A program made the translations under genes and the position numbers. A DNA stretch of 64,000 nucleotides from a bacterium (lineage in GTDB: Bacteria > Hinthialibacterota > Hinthialibacteria > Hinthialibacterales > Hinthialibacteraceae). Below the pieces are notes generated by a model, which worked only from the letters and a program-made list of their open reading frames with translations, was not told the DNA's origin and did no database searches. Shown one piece after another: positions 9,319 through 18,992 of this stretch (positions within the stretch are counted from its first letter, which is position 1; every line of letters begins with the position of its first letter). Location: assembly GCA_041946805.1 (NCBI GenBank), contig JBHGBC010000011.1, positions 4,151 to 68,150 of the forward strand, written 5' to 3'.

Positions 9319-11652
9319 ATGTTTTGTCATAAATGGATGCCAATGGCTGGGAGCGTCATAATCGCTTTGTGGACCGGAACATGGGCCGTCAACATCTCCT
9401 GGGCGGAAGATGAAACCACCGCGTTCCGGCGAACCATCGAAGCGGATTGGGAGCGGCAGGAAGCCCGCTTGGGCCGCGCCGCCGGCGATCCCGCCGCGAT
9501 TCTCGAGGCCGCCGCGCGCGGCGAACGGCTGCTGTCGGATTTGCAAAACCTCGAAAACGCACCCAGTCTGGACCGCGAACGCCAGGCCCTCTCCCGCCTG
9601 CGCGGCCGGCTGGCGGATATTCAATCCCTCTCCGAAGATCAACGCCTCAATCTCTACCGGGAGATCCGCTGGCTCAACCGTGACATCGCCTTGAAGAATC
9701 CGTTGGTGGGCGATTCGCCCATCGTCTTCCTGAAACGCAAACGCTTCATCTGCCAAATGCTGCATGAATACCTGGGATATTTTTATGATTACGAGGACAT
9801 CGCGGGCGGAAGCGTCTGTGTGCTGGATCATCCCGGCTCTTCCCTGCAAATCCGCGACCTGGTGGCCGGCCGCCTGCCCAAGGGCAACTATACCACTTTG
9901 TCTTTGTCGTACGACGCGCGAACGGTCTTCTTCGCCTTTTCGGAACGAGCCCCCGAAAAACCGGACTATTATTCCCCCCAACGCCGGTGTTTCCATATCT
10001 TCCGCATGGACGCGGATGGCTCCAACCTGCGCCAACTGACGGACGGTCTTTTCGACGATTTCGATCCCTGCGAGTTGCCGGATGGGGACATCGCCTTCAT
10101 GTCCACGCGCCGGGGCGGATTCGGCCGCTGCCACAATCCCTGGGAACCGCTGCCCACCTACACCCTGCACCGCATGAATCCCGGTGGCACAAATATCCGC
10201 ACGTTGTCGTTCCATGAAACCAACGAGTGGCATCCCAGCGTGCTGAACGACGGCCGTGTCGTATATACCCGCTGGGATTACGTGGACCGCTCGGCGGCCC
10301 ATTTCCACGGCCTCTGGGCCAATTTCCCCGATGGCAGCAATCCGGTTTCCCTCTTCGGCAGCTACACGCAGCGGATCAACGCGTGCTACCAGCCCCACGC
10401 CATTCCCGGATCCAACAAGATCGTCTTCGTGGCGGGCGCCCATCACGCCGACGTGGGTGGCTCGCTGGTGGTGGTGGATCCCAGCCGGACCGTGTTTGAT
10501 CCCCAGACCGGAGAGGATGATTTCCGCTCCCTGGAATTTCTGACTCCGGAAGTGTGTTTCCCTGAAGCGCCGGGCTGGCCCAAGAGTTATTTTCACAGCC
10601 CCTGGCCGCTGTCAGAGAACTATTATCTCGTCTCGTTCAGCTTCGATCCCCTGCCGGGTATGGGACCGAATGTGAAGCAAGACACGGAAACGGGGATTTA
10701 TCTCTTTGATCGTTTTGGCAACTTGGAACTGCTCTACCGGGAAGCCGGGATCTCGAGCATGTATCCCATCCCCCTGCGCTCCCGGCCGGTTCCGCCCCGC
10801 CTGCCCTCCACGCTCGACGCGAAGATGGGGAATGAGGGGGAGTTCCTCCTCGCCAATGTGTATCAAAGCCTGTTTCCCTTGCCGGAAACGCGTCCCGTGG
10901 ATCACCTGCGCGTCTTCCAGATTCTGCCCAAAAGCGAAACCCATGTGGCCAACCAGCCGCGGCTGGGCTATGCCAACGCGGAATCGGCGCGGATGCTGTT
11001 GGGCACGGTTCCGGTGGAGAAGGACGGTTCCGCCTATTTCCGCGTCCCCGCCCGCGTGCCGGTGAGTTTCCAGGCCGTGGACACCGAAGGCCGGGCCGTG
11101 CAGGGCATGCGCAGCCTGACCTACCTGCAGCCGGGCGAACGCCGGGGCTGCGTCGGCTGCCATGAGCCTTCGGGAACGGCCGTGCCGGTGGAACGGACGC
11201 TGGCTTCGGTGCGGGAACCTTCACGCATCGAACCGGGGCCGGACGGCTCGAAGCCTTGGAGTTACCCCCGGCTGGCGCAGCCCATCCTCGATAAGCATTG
11301 CGTGGCGTGCCATGGCGAGGGCGGAAATCCGCCGGACCTTCGCGGCTTGCCCGTGGGTACCTTCACGATTTCGTATGAAAGCCTCAAACCGTACACGCGG
11401 TGGTACGAATGGGGAGACAGCACCATTTCCGTCATTGCCACGAAGCCCGGAGAAATGCCCGCCGATGTCAGCCCTCTGCCCCAAATCTGGGAAGACGTTA
11501 ATCACAAAGACAAAGTCAGACTAAGCGATGAAGAACGGCGGAGGCTGTATCTTTGGCTGGATGGCAATGCCTCGTTCTATGGCGCCTATTCCAACGCCGA
11601 ACAGGTCGCGCAACGGCAGGGGGAAGCCATTCCTCCTCCGGCGTTGCAGTAG
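9319..11652 (+). CDS. HzsA-related secreted protein (TolB-like propeller, hydrazine-synthase-alpha middle domain, two c-hemes)
   Basis: Signal peptide; LRQLTDGLFDDFDPCELPDGDIAFMSTR and TRWDYVDR; LGTVPVEKDGSAYFRVPA..PVSFQAVD..GRAVQ.MRS..YLQPGE.RGCVGCHE; second CVACH. Confidence 0.85.
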   Translation: MFCHKWMPMAGSVIIALWTGTWAVNISWAEDETTAFRRTIEADWERQEARLGRAAGDPAAILEAAARGERLLSDLQNLENAPSLDRERQALSRLRGRLADIQSLSEDQRLNLYREIRWLNRDIALKNPLVGDSPIVFLKRKRFICQMLHEYLGYFYDYEDIAGGSVCVLDHPGSSLQIRDLVAGRLPKGNYTTLSLSYDARTVFFAFSERAPEKPDYYSPQRRCFHIFRMDADGSNLRQLTDGLFDDFDPCELPDGDIAFMSTRRGGFGRCHNPWEPLPTYTLHRMNPGGTNIRTLSFHETNEWHPSVLNDGRVVYTRWDYVDRSAAHFHGLWANFPDGSNPVSLFGSYTQRINACYQPHAIPGSNKIVFVAGAHHADVGGSLVVVDPSRTVFDPQTGEDDFRSLEFLTPEVCFPEAPGWPKSYFHSPWPLSENYYLVSFSFDPLPGMGPNVKQDTETGIYLFDRFGNLELLYREAGISSMYPIPLRSRPVPPRLPSTLDAKMGNEGEFLLANVYQSLFPLPETRPVDHLRVFQILPKSETHVANQPRLGYANAESARMLLGTVPVEKDGSAYFRVPARVPVSFQAVDTEGRAVQGMRSLTYLQPGERRGCVGCHEPSGTAVPVERTLASVREPSRIEPGPDGSKPWSYPRLAQPILDKHCVACHGEGGNPPDLRGLPVGTFTISYESLKPYTRWYEWGDSTISVIATKPGEMPADVSPLPQIWEDVNHKDKVRLSDEERRRLYLWLDGNASFYGAYSNAEQVAQRQGEAIPPPALQ

Positions 11653-12017
11653 GGAAACGCGCGCTTCTTCCACGGTCATTATTCGTCGGGGCATGTTGCA
11701 CCGTGCCCCGACGAAGTTTAGCGAATGACAGCCGGGTGGAGGATGCTGAAACAAAAGTAATGAATCTCCTCTCCCTCCGGGAGAGGGCTAGGGTGAGGGA
11801 AGCCCTGGAAGGGCGATCTCCATGAATTCCTCGCAGCGGGTAAAGCGGTGGGCTCAAAGCGCGGCATAGCCTACCAGCATGATCCGAGTCCCCTTCAGGG
11901 GACGGCTTTATAGCAGCCCTGGGTTTCAACCCTGGGCTGGCGCCCTGCCGGCTTTAATCCCGCGGAGGACTGCCCTGCGATGACGACGATCCCCGGTCTC
12001 AACCCTGGGCTGGCGCC

Positions 12018-13388
12018 CTACGGTTGCAACACCCCCCAATCCTCCACGCCTTGCTGTCCCGCGCCTTGCGATCCCATGGCGGAGCCGCCGGTCCCGGCCG
12101 TCAATAGGGGAGAAGTCGCTTTGAGCGTGAAATTGGTGGTGTCCTCATACTGGGGATCCACGAAGAGATTGTCTTTCCCCGTCACGTTGACCAGGGCAAA
12201 ATCAGGATTCGTCACGAAAATATCGCAATGGTCGGCGACAAACGCCTGGAGGTCCCGGTCCTCGAAGAAATTCTCATTCACAAAACCTTCTCCTCCCGTC
12301 ACGATGCAATTGGTGAAGGTGGCGGTGACCGGTTTGCCGGGATTTTGCCAATAAACCGCGCTCAGGGCCGCCTGGTACAGGTCGCAATGGTCCACCGAAA
12401 CCACGACATCAAAATCCCCGTCGGCCTCGATCAGCAGATCCCGCCCCAGGGAAAAAGTCATGATGCAGCCGCTGGCATTCAATTTTCCATCCTGGATGAA
12501 GATATGCGCGGTTTTGGAATCCTCGAACCGGCAGTTGGTCACGGTGACATCCGGCGCGGCGCCGTGGTAGTTGGGATCGTAGTCGATGTTGATCCCTTTG
12601 TCGGCGCTGTTGGTGATCCGGCAATTCTCCAGGAACACTTGCCCGCCGCCCACCTGCACGCCCTGCGCGGTGGAGTCCTGGATCAGGCAGTTCTTGACCG
12701 TGGTTTTTCCGTCATGGGTTTGCACACCGACCAGGTTGCCGGTGAACGTGCAATCCTCCACCGTCATCTCCCCCGCCGGGAACGCGGGATTGAACGTGGT
12801 CGTCACCGTCCCGTAGGGGCAATCGGTGAACACGCACTGCGATACCGTCACGCTGGCCGGAGTGCTGGAAAGCGTCACCGCCAGGACGCCCAGGTGATCG
12901 CCGGACACGGCGCTGCCCGGTCCCATCACCCGGCAATTTTTCACGGAAACCAACGGGGCCGCGACCAGCACGACGGAACTGATCGGAACCGCGTTCAGTT
13001 CCTGCGTGGGGTTGTACAGCGTCAAGCCCTCGATCACCACATTGGGCGCTTGCACCACCAGCCCGGCGTAATCGATGCCCGGCACGCCGATCGCCGCGAA
13101 CCGCTCCATCTCGTTGGCCGCCACGATGGTGGGGGTCTGGCCGGCCGCCGCGCGCAGGGTGATTCCCGGCGTGACGATCGTCACGTCTTCCAAATAATCC
13201 TGGCTGTCGGCGATTTCGACGATATCCCCGGTTTGGGCCGCCGCCACGGCCGCGTTGATGGTGGTCCGCGCTCCCCCGCTGCCGTCTTTCTTGACGGGAA
13301 TGATCCCCGCCTGCAATCCTCCGGACGCAATTCCCAGCAACGCGAAAACGGCCAGCATGCGAATCAGAAAATCCAACCGCTGTTTCAT
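12018..13388 (-). CDS. Secreted right-handed parallel beta-helix protein with C-terminal V-E-D-W motif
   Basis: Start MKQRLDF after GAAGGAGG; signal peptide. TINAAVAAA..GDIVEI, repeated V.NC.I/F beta-helix coils, and DP..DFTL...SP-like cap. Ends GVEDWGVLQP. Confidence 0.8.
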   Translation of the reverse strand: MKQRLDFLIRMLAVFALLGIASGGLQAGIIPVKKDGSGGARTTINAAVAAAQTGDIVEIADSQDYLEDVTIVTPGITLRAAAGQTPTIVAANEMERFAAIGVPGIDYAGLVVQAPNVVIEGLTLYNPTQELNAVPISSVVLVAAPLVSVKNCRVMGPGSAVSGDHLGVLAVTLSSTPASVTVSQCVFTDCPYGTVTTTFNPAFPAGEMTVEDCTFTGNLVGVQTHDGKTTVKNCLIQDSTAQGVQVGGGQVFLENCRITNSADKGINIDYDPNYHGAAPDVTVTNCRFEDSKTAHIFIQDGKLNASGCIMTFSLGRDLLIEADGDFDVVVSVDHCDLYQAALSAVYWQNPGKPVTATFTNCIVTGGEGFVNENFFEDRDLQAFVADHCDIFVTNPDFALVNVTGKDNLFVDPQYEDTTNFTLKATSPLLTAGTGGSAMGSQGAGQQGVEDWGVLQP

Positions 13389-13587
13389 CACGCGCCCTCC
13401 TTCTTTCTGATTCCTCAAAATGATGTCTTCACACATACCGGCATTCCATTTGATCCGGATGTTCACCAATCCCATCCAGGGACCGGTTTTTCCCGATTGT
13501 AGTAAATCGACGGAGTGTTGCCTACGCCGGTTCAAGGATTAAGGTATCTCCCCGGGGGATCGATCATGACCACCGGTCTTCCCATGA

Positions 13588-13615
13588 TGTCATCCCCGCG
13601 AAAGCGGGGATCCAG
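13588..13615. repeat. Short palindromic repeat GTCATCCCCGCG-AAA-GCGGGGATCCAG
   Basis: Similar copies near 22421, 30209 (-), 53767 and 62674 (-). Confidence 0.7.
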
Positions 13616-13646
13616 GCCGTTGTGGTGCAGACATCCTGCCTGCAAT

Positions 13647-13825
13647 CAATCCCGTAGGGATTGAATATGAATAGCCGGGGGTGACAACCCCCGGTACTGT
13701 TCTAAAAGATTTCGACCACGCCGGGGTCGAATAAAAATGAATTCAATCCCTACGGGGTTGGTATTTTTTCCCCGGGACCGTAGGCTGTCGCCTACGGCTA
13801 TTCACATTCAACCCCTACAGGGTTG
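13647..13825 (+). repeat. ~180-bp multi-hairpin MITE/BIME-like element, copy 1
   Basis: Its reverse complement aligns over the full length with 62464-62642. The ends are inverted ~30-bp units (AATCCCGTAGGGATTGAATATGAATAGCCG / CGGCTATTCACATTCAACCCCTACAGGGTT). Confidence 0.85.
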
Positions 13826-13858
13826 GGGCATCTTTTTCATGAAAGGGACACGGAATAA

Positions 13859-14111
13859 AGGCTCATCCGGCAAATGAGTATAAGATGGCAAAACATCTCA
13901 AATTCGTTACTCCAAACCGATGGGAAAGCCTTCTTTCTCTCGCCCTTCTTGAAAAGAAATACCCGCAATCGCGGGAATTCCAATCACCTCCTAACCTCTC
14001 CCAATCTTTGGGGAAGGAGTTGTTTATTCCACGAATATTGATTCTCCCCCCGCCATCATTTTTAGAGGGGGAGTGACAGTTTCATCAAGTACACACTTAC
14101 CGGATAAACCT
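13859..14111. mobile_element. Possible degenerate MITE bounded by imperfect inverted repeats
   Basis: AGGCTCATCCGGCAAATGAGTA at left; TACACACTTACCGGATAAACCT at right (reverse complement AGGTTTATCCGGTAAGTGTGTA). Non-coding interior. Confidence 0.45.
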
Positions 14112-14132
14112 TCGATAAATATCGGTCGTTGG

Positions 14133-15491
14133 TTACCGCATATACTCCACCGCCACTTGCGCCAGCGCGCGGACGCCGGTGATCAGGGCGTTTTCATCCA
14201 CGAAAAACAGGGGGGAATGGTTGACGGGCGCCTTAGTCCAATCCTGATCGGGCGGTGTGACGCCCAGGAAAAAATACAGCCCGGGGATCTGTTGCCCGTA
14301 ATACGAAAAATCCTCCGCCCCGGTCGCGGCGGGAGCGATCGACACCTTTTCTTTCCCCGCGATTTTCTCGAAAACCGGAACCATGCGCGCGGTGAGTTCC
14401 GGATCGTTGACCGTTACGGGATACCCCTTGTTGATCCGCACGTCGGCGGTGGCCCCGGCGCTTTCCGCGATATGGATCACGGTCCGTTTGACCTGCATAT
14501 GGATCACGTCCCGCATTTTTTCGTCCAGGGTGCGGATCGTGCCGGTCATCTCCACCTCGTCCGGGATGATGTTGGAGCGCACGCCGCCCCGGATGATGCC
14601 GATGGTCACCACCGCGGGGGATTCGGTCAGATCCGTCTGGCGGCTGACAACCGTCTGCAAACCCATGATCACTTGCGCGGCCGCCACGATCGGATCGACG
14701 CCGTCCCAGGGCCGCGCGCCGTGCGTCTGCCGGCCGTGGATGGTGATGGAAAGCGTATCCGAACTGGCCATGGCCGGACCCGGCCGGTACGAAATCGTCC
14801 CGGTGGGATACACCCGGGTATGGAGGCCGAAAATCGCGTCGGGCTTCGGATTTTCCAACACGCCCTGCTTGATCATCAGCGCCGCCCCGCCTTCCTCGCC
14901 CTCGGGCGCGCCTTCCTCGGCGGGCTGGAAGATGAATTTGACCGTCCCGGGGATTTGATCGCGCAATTGCGACATGATCTTGGCGGCGCCCAGCAGGATG
15001 GCGGTATGCGCGTCGTGACCGCAGGCGTGCATGACCCCGGTTTCCTTGCCGTTGTACAGGGCTTTTTCCTTGGAGGCGAAGGGCAGGTCCAGCGCCTCGG
15101 TCACGGGCAGCGCGTCCATGTCGGCCCGCAAGGCCACCACCGGACGGTCCTGCGTTCCCCGCAAAATCCCCACCACGCCGGTATGCGCCACGCCGGTTTG
15201 GACCTCCAGCCCGAAACTCTTCAGTTGATCGGCCACCAACTGCGCCGTGCGGAACTCCCGGTTGGACAACTCCGGATGTTGGTGGACGTCCCGCCGCCAG
15301 GCGATCACCTCCGGCTCCACCTGGGCCGCGAGCCGGTCGATGGCCGCGGCCAGCGGGGATTCCGCCGCGCCGGGAGTTTCAGCCATCGGGCCGCTGGGGG
15401 GAATTAACATAAAAATGAAGAAACAGATCCGATGGAAACGGGCCCATGGCCCGATCCGCGAAGGGCGGCATGCAAGGAACTTGGCAGGCAT
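14133..15491 (-). CDS. M20D-family amidohydrolase
   Basis: RRDVHQHPELSNREF.T, ALRADMDALP, MHACGHDAH, FIFQPAEEG, GAEDFSYY and NHSP motifs; N-terminal hydrophobic segment. Confidence 0.92.
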   Translation of the reverse strand: MPAKFLACRPSRIGPWARFHRICFFIFMLIPPSGPMAETPGAAESPLAAAIDRLAAQVEPEVIAWRRDVHQHPELSNREFRTAQLVADQLKSFGLEVQTGVAHTGVVGILRGTQDRPVVALRADMDALPVTEALDLPFASKEKALYNGKETGVMHACGHDAHTAILLGAAKIMSQLRDQIPGTVKFIFQPAEEGAPEGEEGGAALMIKQGVLENPKPDAIFGLHTRVYPTGTISYRPGPAMASSDTLSITIHGRQTHGARPWDGVDPIVAAAQVIMGLQTVVSRQTDLTESPAVVTIGIIRGGVRSNIIPDEVEMTGTIRTLDEKMRDVIHMQVKRTVIHIAESAGATADVRINKGYPVTVNDPELTARMVPVFEKIAGKEKVSIAPAATGAEDFSYYGQQIPGLYFFLGVTPPDQDWTKAPVNHSPLFFVDENALITGVRALAQVAVEYMR

Positions 15492-15533
15492 GGTTTGCCT
15501 CCTTGGCCAGGAAATTCGTTTAACGCGGAATGA

Positions 15534-16661
15534 TCACATATCGGTCCCTGACTTCACCGCGGAGGGGGCCGGTTTACTCTGCCTCAGCAGCCATTGGTAG
15601 ACTTCGGGATTGTTGTAGGTCGCCGTCCAGGAATCGTGGTCGGCGTTGGGATAGACGGTATATTGGACGTTGCCTCCCAGCGCCCGCAGCTCGGCCACGG
15701 TTTGAGCGTCCAGGGACTCCGGCACGGTGCCGTCCTTGGCGCCGTGGAACGCCCAGATGGGAATGGGAACCAGGTTGGCCAGATCCGCCGCCGGGATGGT
15801 GTCCCGCGTGTACGACGTAATGGATTTCCATTTCATCGCGTCGCCCGCGCCGCAAATGGGCACCGCCGCGGCGATCCAGTCCGGATAGGCGCCGGCGAAA
15901 CTCCACGATCCGAAGCCGCCCATGCTGAGTCCGGTGATGTAAATCCGGCGGGGATCCACCGCGTAGGTGGTCACGACTTGGTTGAATACTTCATATAAGG
16001 GTGGATTCAGCCACCACTTGTTGACCGGACATTGCGGAGAGACCACGACGCATTGGAACAATTCCGGAAACTTGTCCCGGTTCGCCGCGACGCCCAGCAA
16101 TTTCGGCGGGCCGTGGGTTTTGACGCCCGTCAAGGTGTCCCCCCGTTCCCCCGCGCCGTGCAAGAAGAGGATCATCGGCCATTTTCGACCGCCGGTCCCG
16201 TAATCCTCCGGCAGGTACAACCAATAGGGGTAGGTCAGCCCGGTTTTGAGGGGAACCTGTTTTCCCGGCGCGGGTTTGGGCGCGGACAACCGGTCCGGCC
16301 CCGTGATCACGGCCTCGCCCGCTTTTCCGGAGAAAACTCCATCCTGGGCCGTTCCGGCCGGGGGGATGAGGTAATACGTCAGGGTTTTGTTTCCGGTAAA
16401 AGAGGTCAGATCCCAGGTGATTTTTCCATCGGCTACTACACCACCTCCCATCACCCGGTTGATGGCCCAATCCGCCGGGGGTTGCTCGGTCACCGTGACC
16501 GCCCCCGGATCGCCGGTCACCTTGATCGTCACGGTGATCTGGACGCCCGGCAGGAAGAATTCCTCCGGCAGGGAGCGCACCGCCTGGACGGCGCCCCACG
16601 CGGCTGTTTGGATGAATGACGCCCAGAGGAAAACGGATACCCATCGTGAAATGGCGCGCAT
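15534..16661 (-). CDS. Secreted alpha/beta-hydrolase (esterase/peptidase S9-like) with N-terminal Ig-like domain
   Basis: Start MRAISRW after AAAGGAGA; signal peptide. LFLHGAGERG, GLSMGG nucleophile elbow, FHGAKD and HDSW triad motifs. Confidence 0.85.
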   Translation of the reverse strand: MRAISRWVSVFLWASFIQTAAWGAVQAVRSLPEEFFLPGVQITVTIKVTGDPGAVTVTEQPPADWAINRVMGGGVVADGKITWDLTSFTGNKTLTYYLIPPAGTAQDGVFSGKAGEAVITGPDRLSAPKPAPGKQVPLKTGLTYPYWLYLPEDYGTGGRKWPMILFLHGAGERGDTLTGVKTHGPPKLLGVAANRDKFPELFQCVVVSPQCPVNKWWLNPPLYEVFNQVVTTYAVDPRRIYITGLSMGGFGSWSFAGAYPDWIAAAVPICGAGDAMKWKSITSYTRDTIPAADLANLVPIPIWAFHGAKDGTVPESLDAQTVAELRALGGNVQYTVYPNADHDSWTATYNNPEVYQWLLRQSKPAPSAVKSGTDM

Positions 16662-16771
16662 CAAAACCGTCTCTCCTTTCAAAATGGAATGGAACCTGGA
16701 TGAATCGGATTTCAGTGAATGGTGCAATTTAGTCAATCGCATAAAAAAGATGTTTTTATCCTTTCCGGACT

Positions 16772-16879
16772 TCCCTCACCCTGATCCTCTCCCAGAGGGT
16801 GAGGGGATTAATTCCTATTGTTTTTTATCCTTCCCAGGGCTTACGCCCTGGGCTATGCTCATGCCGCGCCGTTGGCGCT
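16772..16879 (-). repeat. Composite REP-like element
   Basis: Reverse-orientation copy of the element at 34910-35012 and 8977-9078. Confidence 0.8.
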
Positions 16880-17103
16880 GGAATGCTGTACTGCCGCTGG
16901 TCTGCAAACCGGTAAAGAGTTTCCAGGAATCAATTCGTGCATTCCGCCTGTCTCATCAATCTCTCCCCCCGGCCTTTCCTGGATGAAGCGGGGTGACGCG
17001 GATCCTCTCCACCACCATACGCTTCCATCTCGGCCAAAGTCCATTGTTCTCTCCCGGAATCCGGGATAAAATCAACCAGCCCATGCAGCGGGGGGACGGG
17101 ACG

Positions 17104-17793
17104 ATGCGCGCTCGGCGCCGGCCTGCGCCGGGATTTACTTTGATCGAACTGCTCATCGTGGTGGCGATCATTGGCATTTTGGCCGCCATCGCGGTGCCCA
17201 ATTTCCTCAACGCCCAAATCCGGGCCAAGGTGGCGCGGGTGGTCTCGGAAGAGCGCTCCCTCCGCGACGCCTACACCCAATATTTCCTTGACCGCAACGC
17301 CTGGCCGCCCCACATTCATGGTGACGCGCAGCACCGGTATGTCACCACCCCGGTTCCTTATCTGACCACTTCCGTTTTTTGTCCCTTTCTCAATACGCAT
17401 CGGGGCCGGCTGGTGGAGCAATGGGACCCGTTCCGCGGCCAATATCACGCGGAAGTGGCCTCCCGCTGGCACGACAATGTCTGGCCCTGGCTGGCCCAGA
17501 ACGAGCCGGCCTATTGGGCCGAACAACACAACACCGCGTTCTTCTTGATCAGTTTAGGGCCGGACCTGTTCTTCGATCAATGGAAACCCTCCGCCTGCCG
17601 TTACAATCCCAGCAACGGCGTCCTCAGCGGAGGCGATGTCCTTACTCCCATCCCCGGCGGTTTTCAATATCAATATCCCTATATCAATATCCCTATTCCG
17701 AACGGAATAGGTGATTCTCTTGGGATTTTTCTGCAGGTGCGTGCTCATGTATACGATGACCGGACCTCGCTCCTATCCGGTTGCCCGGTGTGA
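17104..17793 (+). CDS. Prepilin-type (GspG-like) N-methylation domain protein, paralogue 1
   Basis: G|FTLIELLIVVAIIGILAAIAVPNFLNAQIRAKVAR class III signal; shared TTPV.YL, S.GPD and Y.PSNG..S.GD motifs. Confidence 0.85.
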   Translation: MRARRRPAPGFTLIELLIVVAIIGILAAIAVPNFLNAQIRAKVARVVSEERSLRDAYTQYFLDRNAWPPHIHGDAQHRYVTTPVPYLTTSVFCPFLNTHRGRLVEQWDPFRGQYHAEVASRWHDNVWPWLAQNEPAYWAEQHNTAFFLISLGPDLFFDQWKPSACRYNPSNGVLSGGDVLTPIPGGFQYQYPYINIPIPNGIGDSLGIFLQVRAHVYDDRTSLLSGCPV

Positions 17794-17934
17794 TTAACCA
17801 TTATCCCTGACCTCTCCGGGAGCGGACCCGGGTGAGGGAATCTTACAGGGCCGGACCTCTGTGTCCGGCCGGATAACTGGAGTCATGATTGGATCCGCCT
17901 TACGCACTGTCCCGATGAATTTCCCGGCTCAGAC

Positions 17935-17996
17935 TTGACAGCCTTCCCGTTTTCAGTAACGTATGAATATCTGTTCAAGAGAGAACATTTGTTCAT
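17935..17996 (+). promoter_or_regulatory. Sigma70 promoter and SorC/LsrR-type operator
   Basis: TTGACA (17935)-N16-TAACGT, followed by inverted repeat ATGAATATCTGTTC-AAGAGA-GAACATTTGTTCAT directly upstream of a SorC-family gene. Confidence 0.7.
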
Positions 17997-18014
17997 ACCG
18001 GATTGGTCCTGTTC

Positions 18015-18977
18015 ATGCCCCTCCATGAGGATTTATACCGCTTGCTGTACAAGATCGCCCAGGCCTATTACCTGGACGGCCTGACCCAGCAGCAAATCGC
18101 CAAGCGGTTCAACCTGTCCCGGCCCAAGGTCTCGCGGCTGCTTCAGCAAGCCCGGGACGAAAAAATCGTGAACATCACTCTGGTCCCTCCTTCGGGGAGC
18201 CTGGCCGGCCTGGAGAACACTCTGGAAGACCAATACGGCCTGGATGAGGTGATTCTCGTTCCGGTCAGCGATCCCGCGGACACGGGCGAGGTGGCGCGCA
18301 GGCTCGGCCCCCCGGCGGGGGAATATCTGCTGCGCTCACTGCACGACCATGACACGCTGGCGCTCGCGTGGGGAACCACCCTCTCGGCGGCGGTCAACGC
18401 CTTGCCTTGCCGATCGTGGAACCACCTGACCATCGTGCAGATGATCGGCGGCCTGGGTCCGGATGATTCCAACGAGCATTCGGCGGAGCTGGTGCGGCGG
18501 GCCGCGCGGAGGCTCCAGGCCCAATTCCGGCTGGTGCGCGCGCCCGGCATCGTCGCCACCACCGCCGCCGCCAAGGCTTTGCGGGCCGATCCGCAGATCG
18601 CGGACACCTTGGAACACGCCGCCCGCGCGGACTTCGCCCTGGTGGGATTGGGGGTGTTGTCCCCCGGCACGGTGCTGCGGCAAAGCGGAACGATTTTGGG
18701 GGAAAACGATTTGGCGCTGTTGAAACAATCCGGCGCGGCGGGCGATATCATCCTGCGCTTTCTGGATGAACAGGGCGCGCCCCTCGGTCTGGATATCAAC
18801 AAGCGGATCATCGGCCTGACTTTGGAGCAACTCAAAAAAATCCCCCGGGTGGCGGGCGTGGCGGGCGGAACCGCCAAGTACAAGATCATCCGCGCCGCCC
18901 TGCGGGGCCGGTGGTTGAACGTGTTGATCACCGATCAGCAAACCGGCGAGCGTCTGGCCGCGGATCGTGACGGTTGA
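18015..18977 (+). CDS. SorC/DeoR/LsrR-family sugar-binding transcriptional regulator
   Basis: IAQAYYLDGLTQQQIAKRFNLSRPKVSRLL HTH; AWGTTL, GAAGDI..RF.D and VAGG..K...IRAALRG..LNVLITD. Confidence 0.93.
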   Translation: MPLHEDLYRLLYKIAQAYYLDGLTQQQIAKRFNLSRPKVSRLLQQARDEKIVNITLVPPSGSLAGLENTLEDQYGLDEVILVPVSDPADTGEVARRLGPPAGEYLLRSLHDHDTLALAWGTTLSAAVNALPCRSWNHLTIVQMIGGLGPDDSNEHSAELVRRAARRLQAQFRLVRAPGIVATTAAAKALRADPQIADTLEHAARADFALVGLGVLSPGTVLRQSGTILGENDLALLKQSGAAGDIILRFLDEQGAPLGLDINKRIIGLTLEQLKKIPRVAGVAGGTAKYKIIRAALRGRWLNVLITDQQTGERLAADRDG

Positions 18978-18992
18978 AAAATCGGAGGATGG

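Noticed and set aside
9097-10596. Long antisense ORFs (also 5112-6641, 12228-13502, 14073-15407, 23037-24515, 25739-26977, 35490-36767, 50084-51649, 54134-55495 and others)
   Set aside because: They are shadows of real GC-rich genes on the opposite strand and have no recognisable motifs.
7067-11652. Anammox hydrazine synthase operon
   Set aside because: The genes are divergent, show only domain-level resemblance, and there are no hao/hdh or other anammox genes. HzsA-like proteins occur widely in non-anammox bacteria.
13885-14076. 63-aa ORF in the repeat-rich intergenic region
   Set aside because: It lies inside a putative MITE and has no RBS or family motif.
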